Shown here: positions 20,160 through 31,500 of the stretch, in pieces
How the letters are laid out: each line of letters starts with the position of its first letter
Position numbering within the stretch: position 1 is the first letter of the stretch
NCBI GenBank assembly: GCA_036398095.1
Contig: DASWHR010000141.1
Location: forward strand, 1,138-65,137
Direction: 5' to 3'
Length of the DNA: 64,000 nt
Source of the DNA: Actinomycetota bacterium
GTDB lineage: Bacteria; Actinomycetota; AC-67
Made by a program: the position numbers and the translations under genes
Notes under the pieces: model-generated
Database searches by the model: none
Seen by the model: only the letters and a program-made list of their open reading frames with translations
Told to the model about the DNA's origin: nothing

Positions 20160-21838
20160 CCGGCAACGCCGAGATCGCGCTGGCCTGCGCATCGCTGCTG
20201 GCCGACGAACTTGCCCGCGGCGGCGTCGAAGACGTATGCGTTTCGCCCGGCGCGCGATCCACGCCGCTGGCGCTGGCGGTCGCGCGCCATCCGCGATTGC
20301 GCGTCCACGTGATCTTGGACGAACGGTCGGCGGCGTTCTTCGGCTTGGGGATCGCGAAGGCGACGCGCCGCGCCGTCGCGCTGGTGTGCACGTCGGGGAC
20401 GGCGGCGGTGAACTGGCATCCGGCGATCGTCGAGGCGCGCTATTCGCAGACGCCGCTGATCGCGCTTTCGGCCGACCGGCCACCCGAACTGCACGACACC
20501 GGCGCGAACCAGACGATCGATCAGCGCGGACTGTTCGCATCGGCGCCGCTGTGGTTCTTCGAGATGCCGGTCCCCGCGATCGAAGACGACAGCGAGCGCG
20601 TCTGGCGATCGGTCGCGGCGCGCGCCGTCGCGGTCGCGGCGGGACCGCCGGCCGGGCCGGTGCATCTGAATCTTCCATTCCGCGAGCCGCTGGCGCCCTC
20701 GGCCGAGATCCCGGATCTCGGCTCGGGCCGCGAAGGCGGTGCGCCGTGGGAGCGTCACTCCCCCGCCGCGCTCGCGGCCGATGCGCACCCGATCGAAGAC
20801 CTGGCCCGGTTGATCGAAGCGGCCCGGGACGGACTGATCGTGTGCGGCGGACTCGAAGACGACGCGCCATCGATCCTGGACCTTGCCGAGCGGATCGCGT
20901 GGCCGCTCGTCGCGGAGCCGCAATCGGGCCTTCGCCGGGACGGCGCGCTGTCGGCGCCGCAATTGATCCTTGACCGGATCGACCCGTCGGTCGTGCTGTC
21001 TGTCGGCGCGCCGCCGACGTCGCGCGCGACGCGCGCGTTGCTCGGCCGCGCCGGCCGCGTCGTGACGGTGGATCCCTCGCGATGGAACGACCCGGATCGC
21101 CGCTCGTCGTGGACGCTTCGCGCCGACGCGGCGCTGCTCGCCGACGCGCTGATCGCCACGATCAAGCCGCGCGAGGATCGCGCGTGGATCGAGCGATGGC
21201 GCGCGGCGGATGCGGCCGCGCGTGATGCGGCCGACACGCTGATGGACTCGTGGGACGAGCCGTTCGAAGGGCGCGTGGCGCGCGACGTCGCGCGGGCGGT
21301 GCCGGCCGGCGGGCTGCTGGCAATCGGATCGTCGTTGCCGGTGCGCGACTTGGATACGTTCATGGCCCCGCGCGAGGACGTGTGGGTGATCGGCAATCGC
21401 GGCGCGAGCGGCATCGACGGGTTCGTGTCAACGGTCCTGGGGATCGCGCAGACGGGCGAGCCGACGGTCGGGCTGATGGGCGACCTGACCTTCCTGCACG
21501 ACGCCGGATCGCTCGCCTGGCTCGCCTCGCGCGCGAAGCCGGCGGTGCTGGTGGTCGAAGACAACGGCGGAGGCGCGATCTTCGACCTGCTGCCGCAAGG
21601 ATCGATCCGCGAAGCCGACGATCTGTTCGTCACGCCGCACGAGCTTTCCATCGAAGCGATCGCGCGCGCCGCCGGGTGCCGCACCCGCCGCGTCACGCGC
21701 GCCGCCGACGTCGCCGAGGCGGTCGCCGAGGCGGTGGCGGCCGGCGAGACGACCGTCGTGCACGTCGAGTGCGCCCGCACGGCCGGCCCGCCCCGCCGCG
21801 CGGAGATCGCCGCAGCCGTCGCACACGTGACGAAGTAG
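20156..21838 (+). CDS. menD: 2-succinyl-5-enolpyruvyl-6-hydroxy-3-cyclohexene-1-carboxylate synthase (thiamine-PP enzyme).
   Basis: Three-domain TPP enzyme (GDLTFLHD TPP motif). GTGA overlap with the menA stop. The track ORF start at 19988 is an upstream extension. Confidence 0.85.
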   Translation: MTGNAEIALACASLLADELARGGVEDVCVSPGARSTPLALAVARHPRLRVHVILDERSAAFFGLGIAKATRRAVALVCTSGTAAVNWHPAIVEARYSQTPLIALSADRPPELHDTGANQTIDQRGLFASAPLWFFEMPVPAIEDDSERVWRSVAARAVAVAAGPPAGPVHLNLPFREPLAPSAEIPDLGSGREGGAPWERHSPAALAADAHPIEDLARLIEAARDGLIVCGGLEDDAPSILDLAERIAWPLVAEPQSGLRRDGALSAPQLILDRIDPSVVLSVGAPPTSRATRALLGRAGRVVTVDPSRWNDPDRRSSWTLRADAALLADALIATIKPREDRAWIERWRAADAAARDAADTLMDSWDEPFEGRVARDVARAVPAGGLLAIGSSLPVRDLDTFMAPREDVWVIGNRGASGIDGFVSTVLGIAQTGEPTVGLMGDLTFLHDAGSLAWLASRAKPAVLVVEDNGGGAIFDLLPQGSIREADDLFVTPHELSIEAIARAAGCRTRRVTRAADVAEAVAEAVAAGETTVVHVECARTAGPPRRAEIAAAVAHVTK

Positions 21839-21851
21839 CCGAGCCGGACAG

Positions 21852-22220
21852 TTGCGCAACAAGTTTGTTGCGCGCTATGCTCTCCCTATGCCCGATCCCA
21901 TTCAGCGAAAGATCAAGGCCTTGGTGGATTCGCTCGGCGGTTCCGTGGTCGCAGAACTGCTCGGGGTCGATCGTTCGCAACCCTCGCGCTGGAAGAGTGG
22001 CAAGAGCCAGCCGTCGGCCCAGATGCGCGGGCGGATCCTCGACCTCGAATACGTGCTCTCTCGGCTGGAGGAGATCTTCGAACCGGCGGTCGCGGTGGAC
22101 TGGCTCTACGGGATCAACGCGTTTCTCGGGCATCAGCGACCGATTGACGTGATGCGCATCCGGGGGGTCACGGAAGTCATCGGAGCCGTCGACGCCGAAG
22201 CAGGTTTGGCGTTTGCCTGA
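21852..22220 (+). CDS. Xre-family HTH antitoxin of a RES-Xre (MbcA/ParS-like) module.
   Basis: N-terminal HTH (LVDSLGGSVVAELLGVDRSQPSRW) and a C-terminal DUF2384-like toxin-binding domain (GRILDLEYVLSRLEEIF...AVDWLY). Confidence 0.65.
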   Translation: MRNKFVARYALPMPDPIQRKIKALVDSLGGSVVAELLGVDRSQPSRWKSGKSQPSAQMRGRILDLEYVLSRLEEIFEPAVAVDWLYGINAFLGHQRPIDVMRIRGVTEVIGAVDAEAGLAFA

Positions 22221-22770
22221 TCTCTACCGCGTCTTTCCCTATGATCCGGACGCGGCCCCACACGAGCCGGGCGGGGCGCTCCATGCTCCCCGAGATCGTC
22301 AGGGCAACGGACGCGCGGACAACCCAGGCCGCTACAGCGTCGTGTACTTCGCTGCGACACCTGCCGCAGCGGCCGCAGAACGCTTTCAATCCTTTGCCGG
22401 ACGCCGCGTGACGCCTGCCCACCTGCGTGGCGGCCGATCGGGACTGCCCTTGGCACTAGCGAACGTCTCAGTTCGACGCGACGACGCTCGCAATCTGGAC
22501 GACCCGGCTGCGCTCCAAGAACACGCCTTGATTCCCTCGGACGTCGCGACGCGCGATCGCCATGTCACGCAGGCCTGGGCATTGCGCTTGTGGGAGGCGG
22601 GCTTCCCCGGTGTGCGCTACTGGTCGGCCATCGAGGCCAAGTGGCCGGTGATCGCGCGGTGGTCGCTCGATGACGTGCGCGTGGAGCAGGTCGAGCCGCT
22701 CACCGTCTTCCACGCCGCGCTGCGGGAAGCGGCGGCCCTGCTCGGCATCGAGATCGGACGCAGTCGCTAG
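22213..22770 (+). CDS. RES-domain toxin (MbcT/ParT-like NAD+-targeting toxin).
   Basis: RES-domain layout with a conserved Arg context (GRYSVVYFAATP) and later Glu/Ser residues. 8-nt overlap with the Xre gene. Confidence 0.6.
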   Translation: MPDLYRVFPYDPDAAPHEPGGALHAPRDRQGNGRADNPGRYSVVYFAATPAAAAAERFQSFAGRRVTPAHLRGGRSGLPLALANVSVRRDDARNLDDPAALQEHALIPSDVATRDRHVTQAWALRLWEAGFPGVRYWSAIEAKWPVIARWSLDDVRVEQVEPLTVFHAALREAAALLGIEIGRSR

Positions 22771-22880
22771 GAGGGTGCTGAAAAAGACCGACCCGTGCCT
22801 GGTCGGACTTCAATCAGCCCAGGTCGGAGGGTTAACGTCGGGCGGGCATGCATGCAGACACTCACTTTTTCAGCACCCTC

Positions 22881-22884
<4 letters not shown>
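22767..22884. mobile_element. 118-bp MITE-like element, copy 1, with 20-bp terminal inverted repeats (CTAGGAGGGTGCTGAAAAAG ... CTTTTTCAGCACCCTCCTAG).
   Basis: Near-identical copy at 45805..45922. The terminal CTAG supplies the TAG stop of the RES toxin (+) and of menF (-). Internal palindromes (gcatgcatgc, gttaac). Confidence 0.65.
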
Positions 22885-24091
<1,207 letters not shown>

Positions 24092-24095
<4 letters not shown>

Positions 24096-24793
24096 GCGCG
24101 CGTTCCGATCAAGATCTGGACGATGCCGCCGCCGGGAGTGAGGCGGCCGACGTCGCGGAAGCCGGCGCGCACGAGCATGGCGAGCATCTCGTCGGGCGTG
24201 GGAAGGTAGGCGACCGAACGCGGCAGATACGCATACGCCGCGCGGTTCGACAGCAGCCCGCCGATCATCGGCACGATCCTCTTGAAGTAGACGGCATGTC
24301 CGGCGCGCAACACCGGATTGCGCGGCTCCGCGGTCTCGAGGATCGCGACGCGTCCGCCGGGGCGAAGCGCGCGCGCCATCTCGGCGAACAGCACCGACAG
24401 ATCCGAGACGTTGCGCAGCGCGAATCCGCACGTGATCCCGGCGGCCGCGCCGTCGCGGACGGGAAGGCGAAGCGCGTCGGCTTGAGCGAGCCGCGTCAGG
24501 CCACGCTCCTTCGCGCGGACGAGCATCTCGCCGGCGAAATCCATGCCGATCGCGTGCCATCCGCGGCGCTGGACCTCGAAACAGAAATCGCCGGTTCCGC
24601 AGGCGAGGTCGAGCACGACCGCGCCGGGCTCGACACCGAGCGTGCCGGCGGCGCGGCGGCGCCAGCCGCGATCCATCCCGAAAGTCATCACGCGATTGAC
24701 GGTGTCGTAGCGCGCGGCGATCGCGTCGAACATGGCTCGCACCGCGCGGGCTTTTTCTTCGCCGGCCGGCAGCGGCGCTACTCGGCGGGCCAT
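24092..24793 (-). CDS. menG: Demethylmenaquinone methyltransferase (UbiE/MenG).
   Basis: MFDAIAARYDTVNRVMTFGMDRGWRR, the UbiE signature. SAM motif I VLDLACGTGD. ATGA overlap with the menF start. Confidence 0.85.
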
Positions 24794-25566
24794 GCCGCCT
24801 CCAGATATCCGGCGGGGCGGCGGCGCGCCTGCTCGCGCGTGGCGGCGATCTCGGCCGCGTCGCCGGTTCGCTCGATGTGCTCTTCCGCGACTTGCAGCAG
24901 CACGCGGCGGAAATGCTGTGCGACCAGCGCCGTTACGGCCGGGAGCAGATCGCCGAATGCGGCGACGAGCTTTGCGGCGGCTTCTTCGTCGGAGGACGCG
25001 GCGCGTTTGATCGGGGTACGCACGTATTCGTCGAACAGGCGGACCGCTTCTTCGGCGATGGATCGGGTCGCGTCGTGCTGCGCGCGGGCGAGCGCGATCA
25101 GCTCGCCAAGCGGCAGGCCGGCCGACAGCAGCCGCAAGCCGGTGCGAACCAGTTCGGCGTCGGAGGCCGCGTAGCGCGTTTGGCCGTCGATCGAGCGGCC
25201 GATCGGCAGGCCTTCCCGTTCGATCGAGGCGAGCAGCGGCGCCGGGACGCCCGATCGCTCGGCCAGCTCGTCGAGCGTGATGAACTCTTCGGGGTCGCCG
25301 TCGGTCTGCGCCGACGCGACGGCGGCGGCCAGATCCTGATCGGGTTTGGCGAGCCGGCCGGAGACCACTCGCGCCACGGCCTGCAAGGTCAAGCCCTTCC
25401 CCTGCAGGGCGCGGATGCGCCGGATCCGCTCGGCGTGATCCTTGGAGTACAGGGCGACGCGGCCGCTGCGACGCGGCGGCGGCAACAACCCTTTCGCCTG
25501 GTAGAAGCGGATCGTGTCGACACTCACGTCGCACGCCGCCGCCAGTTGCTCGACCCGATACTCCAC
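24778..25566 (-). CDS. MerR-family transcriptional regulator.
   Basis: N-terminal MerR HTH (YRVEQLAAACDVSVDTIRFYQAKGLL). Confidence 0.75.
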   Translation of the reverse strand: MEYRVEQLAAACDVSVDTIRFYQAKGLLPPPRRSGRVALYSKDHAERIRRIRALQGKGLTLQAVARVVSGRLAKPDQDLAAAVASAQTDGDPEEFITLDELAERSGVPAPLLASIEREGLPIGRSIDGQTRYAASDAELVRTGLRLLSAGLPLGELIALARAQHDATRSIAEEAVRLFDEYVRTPIKRAASSDEEAAAKLVAAFGDLLPAVTALVAQHFRRVLLQVAEEHIERTGDAAEIAATREQARRRPAGYLEAAWPAE

Positions 25567-25621
25567 GACCAGGGACTCTACGAGTAATCACTCACAGCGT
25601 CCACTCGCTGCGAGGAGAGTC

Positions 25622-26449
25622 CTAGAGGGCGGCGATCTCGCTCATCGCGGTTTCGACGAACTCGTCCAAACGGGGCTTGCCTTCGCTGGGCCAGCCGACC
25701 GTGAGATACGTGAAGCCGGCTTCGGCTTTGGCGGCCGCGTCGTGGCGGATTTCGTCCATGGTCTGCGACAGGCTCAGCGCGGTGGACCGCGCGATCGACG
25801 ACGGGTCGCGGCCGGCGGCGCGGGCGGCGTCGTCCACGATCCCGCTGCGCCGCTTCAGATCGTCGGGATTGCCGAAGGTGTGCCACACGTCGGCAGTACG
25901 GCCGACGAGCGCCAGCATCCGCGGACCGTGCCCGCCGACCCAGATCGGCGGATGCGGTCGCTGCACCGGCTTCGGGCTGTAGCCGCCTTCGAGGCGGTAG
26001 TGAGTTCCTTCGAAGCGCGGATCGTCTTGCGTCATCAGCGCGCGTATCACCCCGATCGCTTCCTCGAGCCGTTCGATGCGGTCGCCCGCGCGGGGGAAGT
26101 CGATGCCGAGGCGGCGATGCTCGGGCTCGTGCCAGGCCGCGCCGACGGCAAGCTCGAGCCGGCCGCCCGAGATGTGATCGACCGTGACGGCTTCAGTCGC
26201 CAGCATCGACGGGTGACGGTAGGTGATGCCGGTCACGAGCGTGCCGAGCCGGATCCGCGTCGTGATCGCGGCGAGGCCGGCCAAAAGCGTCCACCCTTCC
26301 AGGCACGGCCCGGCCGGATCGCCGTAGAGCGCCGTGAAATGATCGAAGACCCACGCGCCGTCGAAGCCGGCATCTTCCGCGTAGCGCGTCCGATCGACGA
26401 TCTCGTTCCAGGTGAGCTGATGCTGCGACACGTCCAGTCCGAGCTTCAT
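25622..26449 (-). CDS. LLM-class (luciferase-like) F420-dependent oxidoreductase.
   Basis: Luciferase-like monooxygenase fold (GFDGAWVFDHF, RLELAVGAAW). Confidence 0.8.
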   Translation of the reverse strand: MKLGLDVSQHQLTWNEIVDRTRYAEDAGFDGAWVFDHFTALYGDPAGPCLEGWTLLAGLAAITTRIRLGTLVTGITYRHPSMLATEAVTVDHISGGRLELAVGAAWHEPEHRRLGIDFPRAGDRIERLEEAIGVIRALMTQDDPRFEGTHYRLEGGYSPKPVQRPHPPIWVGGHGPRMLALVGRTADVWHTFGNPDDLKRRSGIVDDAARAAGRDPSSIARSTALSLSQTMDEIRHDAAAKAEAGFTYLTVGWPSEGKPRLDEFVETAMSEIAAL

Positions 26450-27213
26450 GGGATCCTCCGGCAGGTGTAGAGGTGCGTCAGATACGGAAGGACGATCACG
26501 TCCCGGCCGCGCGTGAGCGGGTCATCGTCGATGACGGCTTGCGTGTCGGCGACCACGCGTGCGCGTTCGTCGCCGGACAAGGTGGCGATGAACGATACCG
26601 ACAGGACGCGGTCGATCACGCCGGCGCGAGTGAGCGTGTGCTCGTAGCGGAACTCGTCGCGCTGCAGCGCGGTGAACGCATCGGTTCGTTCGAACGCGGC
26701 GCGCCACTCACCGCGCCAGAAGCGCATCACGTCGCCTTCGTACCGGTTGAAAATGTCGTTGAGGCGATCCACCCAGGCGACCGTCGTGTCCCGAAGGTTC
26801 CAGATCATCGTGAGCGGACCGCCGGGGCGCAAGATGCGGTGGATCTCGGCGAGCGCCGCGTCGCCGTCGAACCAGTGGAACGCCTGCGCGACGACGACGG
26901 CGTCGAATGACGCCGTCGCGAAGCACAGATGCTCGGCGGTGGACTCGGCCACGGGCACGCCGGGGGCCGCCCGGCGCAATTCCCGCACCATCGCATCGAC
27001 CGGATCGGCGCCGACGATCGTGGCGCCGCGTCCGGTCAGCGCGCGCGTCAGCTTTCCGGTTCCGCACGCCAAGTCGAGCACGCGCGCGCCCGGCGCGATG
27101 CCGCACACCTCGGCGATGCGCGCCACGGCACCGGCCGGATACCCCGGCCGCGCTCGCTCGTACTCCGCGGCCGCCGACTGAAAGCCTTCCGCGGCCGCAC
27201 CGTGGACCCGCAT
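26446..27213 (-). CDS. Class I SAM-dependent methyltransferase; start taken at MRVHGAAAEG.
   Basis: SAM motif I VLDLACGTGKLT. ATGA overlap with the downstream LLM gene. Confidence 0.75.
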   Translation of the reverse strand: MRVHGAAAEGFQSAAAEYERARPGYPAGAVARIAEVCGIAPGARVLDLACGTGKLTRALTGRGATIVGADPVDAMVRELRRAAPGVPVAESTAEHLCFATASFDAVVVAQAFHWFDGDAALAEIHRILRPGGPLTMIWNLRDTTVAWVDRLNDIFNRYEGDVMRFWRGEWRAAFERTDAFTALQRDEFRYEHTLTRAGVIDRVLSVSFIATLSGDERARVVADTQAVIDDDPLTRGRDVIVLPYLTHLYTCRRIP

Positions 27214-27376
27214 GCCCCAAGGATGGGCCAACAGATCCGGGAAGGCAAAGGAAAGGCGGAGCGGCCGAGATTGCCGATCCGATGCGATCGCCGTATTACA
27301 ATGCCGGACCGGCGCGCCTCGGACCCACCCGTCGGCATCCTGCCTGGGCGAGGCGCGGCCGTAAGGGGGAGATACC

Positions 27377-28534
27377 GTGAGGATTCGCAGCGCGATCGTC
27401 GCCGTCGTCGCCTTGACGCTTCTGGGAGCCGCGTGCTCCACGAAGCAAACCGGCGGCGAGGGCGGCGACAAGCAAGCCACCTACACCGTTCAGGTGGACG
27501 CACACACGCAAGGTGGCGAGTTCGGGTTCTACGCCTCGAAGTACTTTCCGGACGAGCTACAGGTTCATCCCGGCGACACGCTCGACTTCAAGCTGAACTG
27601 GTCGGGTGAGCCGCACTCGGTGACGTTCGGCACGCTCGTGGACGCAGGCGCGGCATCGCTCGATCCGTCGGCCGAGGAGGAACCGGCCGAGTGGCAGAAG
27701 ATTCCTCCGATGCTGCCCGAAGGACCGGGAGACGCGGTCCAGGCCTCCGTGAATCCCTGCTACGTCGAGACGGGCGAGCCGCCGAAAGAAGCCGCGTGCG
27801 AGAACCGCACCCAGCCGGCGACCTTCACCGGCGCCTACGCGCTCTACAGCAGCGGGTTCATGCCGGACGGCACGACGTTCAGCGTTACCTTGGATCCCGG
27901 CATCACGCCCGGCACGTACAACTACTTCTGCACGCTCCACCGCGGGATCATGACCGGCAAGGTCGAGGTCGTCGCCGCTTCCGGAACCGTGGCCGACGCG
28001 GCCGCGGTCGCCAAGAAAGCGGCCGACGAGATCGCCGGGATCGGGAGCACCCTCAAAGGCGCCTTCGACCAGTCCAAGAACGGCATGGGTCCGGGAACGC
28101 TGTTCGCGGGAACGACCAAGCCGGACCTGATCGAAGGCGGCACCGACGCCGGCGTGACCGAGTTTTTGCCCAAGCAAGCGACCGCCAAAGTCGGCGAGCC
28201 GGTCAAGTTCCTGCCCGTCGGCGCGCACACGGTCACGTTCAACGCCCCGCAGGACGCCGTCGAGTTCCTCACCAAAGCCCCCGACGGCACCTGGCACTTG
28301 AATCCCAAGGCGGCCGGCCCCGCCGGGTCTCCGCCCACCGGTCCTCCCGGCGACAAGCCGGTCGTCACGGACGCGGGAACCTGGAACGGCGAGGGATTCC
28401 TGAACTCGGGCATCCTGCTCGGGTTCGGCCCCCCCGGCGCGATCACCTGGCAGGTCACGTTCGGCACGGCCGGCTCGTACGAGTACCGCTGCCTGGTCCA
28501 TCCCGACATGGAAGGCTCGATCACCGTCGCGTAA
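27377..28534 (+). CDS. Two-domain cupredoxin (plastocyanin/azurin-like blue copper) lipoprotein.
   Basis: Signal with Cys (LLGAACS). Two type-1 Cu sites (HSVTF...YNYFCTLHRGIM and HTVTFN...YEYRCLVHPDM). GTG start. Confidence 0.75.
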   Translation: MRIRSAIVAVVALTLLGAACSTKQTGGEGGDKQATYTVQVDAHTQGGEFGFYASKYFPDELQVHPGDTLDFKLNWSGEPHSVTFGTLVDAGAASLDPSAEEEPAEWQKIPPMLPEGPGDAVQASVNPCYVETGEPPKEAACENRTQPATFTGAYALYSSGFMPDGTTFSVTLDPGITPGTYNYFCTLHRGIMTGKVEVVAASGTVADAAAVAKKAADEIAGIGSTLKGAFDQSKNGMGPGTLFAGTTKPDLIEGGTDAGVTEFLPKQATAKVGEPVKFLPVGAHTVTFNAPQDAVEFLTKAPDGTWHLNPKAAGPAGSPPTGPPGDKPVVTDAGTWNGEGFLNSGILLGFGPPGAITWQVTFGTAGSYEYRCLVHPDMEGSITVA

Positions 28535-28538
28535 GGCC

Positions 28539-31500
28539 ATGCGCGTAAGCGCGCGTCCCCCTCGGCGCGTCCGAGGGGGACGGCGTTTCGCGGCCGTCCT
28601 CGCGGTCGTCGCCGCGAGCGTGCCGGCGTGGACCGCAGCCGGCGGCCCGGACACGACGAAAGGCGATCGGGCAGTCGGTGCGCACGACCACGATTCGCAC
28701 GCGCACTCCCACACCGACGCCGGGCATGAGCAATCGGAAGGCTTCACGCTCGCGGCGCAGGCGGGGACGACCCCAGCCGGCAGCGCATGCAAGCCATCGA
28801 TGCCGCGGCGTGAGATCGCCCTCAGCGCGATCGCGGTCGACGTCACGCTGAATCGGTTCGGCGACCACGACCCACGCGGCCGCATGTTCGCGTTCACCGA
28901 CCTGACGGACGAGATCCGGGCGGAGGAGAAGCGCAACGCCGACGCGCGCACCGGCCGAGGCGACTACGCCGTCACGCCCGGCTTGCAGGGCGACGCGATC
29001 CAGCCGCCCGTCGTGCGAGCCCGTCCGGGCGAATGCCTTCGCCTCACGGTGCGAAACGACCTCGACGAGCCGGCGAGCCTTCACGTGCACGGCGGCGCGC
29101 TCATGGTCGGCGCCGCGCCCGCGGTCGCGACGAACCCGACGGCCACGGCCGCGCCGGGCGCGACCGTGACCTACACGTGGGCAATCCCGGCCGGCGAGCG
29201 CGAAGGGACCCACTACTTCCATTCGCACGGCGACGAGCGCGCACAAACCTCGCACGGAATGTTCGGCGCGATCGTGATCGAGCCGTCCGGCTCGCGCTGG
29301 ACCGACCCACGGACCGGCGAGGACGCCCGCGGCTGGGACGCGGTGATCACGCCTCCCGACGGCAGGGCCTTCCGCGAGTTCGCGTTGTTCTATCACGAGG
29401 TGGGCGACGAGCAGTACCAGTTGAGAGCCGCCGACGACAGCCTCGTTCCGCTCGTCGATCCGCTCCTGTCCGCGTACCGCCCCGGATCGCGGGCCATCAA
29501 CTTCCGCAGCGAGCCGTTCATGAACCGGATGCGTCTGCAGCAACGACTGACCGGCCGCTTCGACGAGTCGCTTGCATATTCGTCCTATGCCTTCGGCGAT
29601 CCGGCGACCCCGATTCTGCGCGCCTACCTGGGCGAACCGGTGAAGCAGCGGCTCGTGCACGGCGGCAGCGAGGTCTTCCACGTGCACCACGTCCACGGCG
29701 GATCGATCCGCTGGCGTCGCCAGCCCGACGCCGATTCCTCTCCGGTCAACGCGGGCCTGGACAAGCGTCCGCCGCTTACGCCCGTCGCCTCGGAGCGCAC
29801 CGACTCGCAGTCGATCGGGCCGTCGGAGACCTTCGACATCGCCGGCGACTGCGGCGCCGGCGGCTGTCAGCAATCCGCGGGCGACTTCTTGGTTCATTGC
29901 CACGTCGCCCATCACTATTTCGCAGGCATGTGGGGCATCTGGCGCGTCTACAACACGCTCCAGGACGGCTCCGCCTCGACCGACGCGCTGCCGCCGCTGC
30001 CGCCACTGCGCGCCGGCACCGTGGTTGCGGCGGTAACGTCTTCGGCGCTGGCCGGCCGGAGCGTGACCTTCGCCGGACGCGCGCGCACCGTCGCCGATGC
30101 ATCGGAATGGGCGGCGATGCAGCTGCCGCCGGCCGGCCCGCCCGGCGAATACGACGCGTCGGTCTGGGATTGGCGCGTCGAGGGCGGGATCGTGGTGGGC
30201 GAGCCCGAGGACGCGCGCCGATGGCCGGGACATGCCCCGGCCGCGCCCGGCCGCAGGCCCCCGATCTTGTTCGATCCGCAGACCGGGCTGCTTGCCTATC
30301 CGTTCCTGCGGCCGCAGCTCGGCCGGCGGCCGCCGTTCGCGCCCGGCCACGCCCCCTCGCCGTTCCTGGACCCCGGCCTGGGGCCCGATCCGCCCGCGCC
30401 CGGAGCCTCCGGCCCTGCGAGCCTGTGCCCGGCGGGCACGACGATCCGCACGTTCTTCGTCAACGCCGTCTCGCTGGCGGTCCCGCTCAATCGCCGTGCC
30501 GGCCTGACCGATCCGAGCGGGCAGCTCTACGTGCTCGCCGAGGACGAAGCGGCCGCGCGCGCGAACCCGGCGCTCCGCGGTCCGCTTGCGATCCGCGCCA
30601 ACGCCTCCGAGGATTGCGTGGACGTGGTGCTCGCATCCTCGATCCCGGACGGACCGATCAACCACAGATTCTCGAAGGTGAATCTTCACATTCACTTCGT
30701 CCAGTTCGACGTCCAAGCCTCCGACGGTGTCGTCAACGGCTTCAACTACGAGCAGTCGGTCCGTCCCTACACGGCTGATCCGGTGACGGCACGCGCCGCG
30801 GCCGCGGGCGCGCCCGGCGTCACCGTGTCGGCCGCCGGCCGCTTCCGTCCGGGGATCGTCGTGGGGATCGGTCTGGGCACCGACCGCTTCGAAGCGCGAC
30901 GCATCTCCCGGATCGAGGGCACCCGGCTGATCTTGGACGCACCGCTCGCGCGCTCGCATCCCGACGGCGAGATCGTCTCCACCGAGTTCGTTCGCTACCG
31001 CTGGTACCCGGACGTACAGTCGGGGACGGCATACTTCCACGACCACGTCAACGCGATCGCATCGTGGCGACACGGATTGTTCGGCGCGCTCGTCGTCGAA
31101 CCGCCCGGATCCACCTATCACGATCCCGCGAGCGGCACACAGATCCGCAGCGGCGCGATCGCCGACATCGTCACTAACGCGCGCGTTTCGGCCGACGTCA
31201 CCGGATCGTTCCGCGAGGCGGTGCTGTTCTTGCAGGACGACCAGCCGATCGGACACGAAGGCCGGTCGAGCGGCAGCGCCATCAACCAGCGAATCGAGCC
31301 GCTTCGCGGCCGCGATCCCCCGCCCCGCGCATTCGCCAGCACCCGCGGCGATCCCGAGACGCCGCTGATCCGGGCGCACCTGGGCGATCCCGTCGTGGTA
31401 CGCACGCTCGTGGCCGGCACCAACGACATCCACACGATCCACGTGGACGGCCACTGGTTCCGGCTCGAGCCGTGGAGCCGCTCGTCGCGACCGGTTTCGA

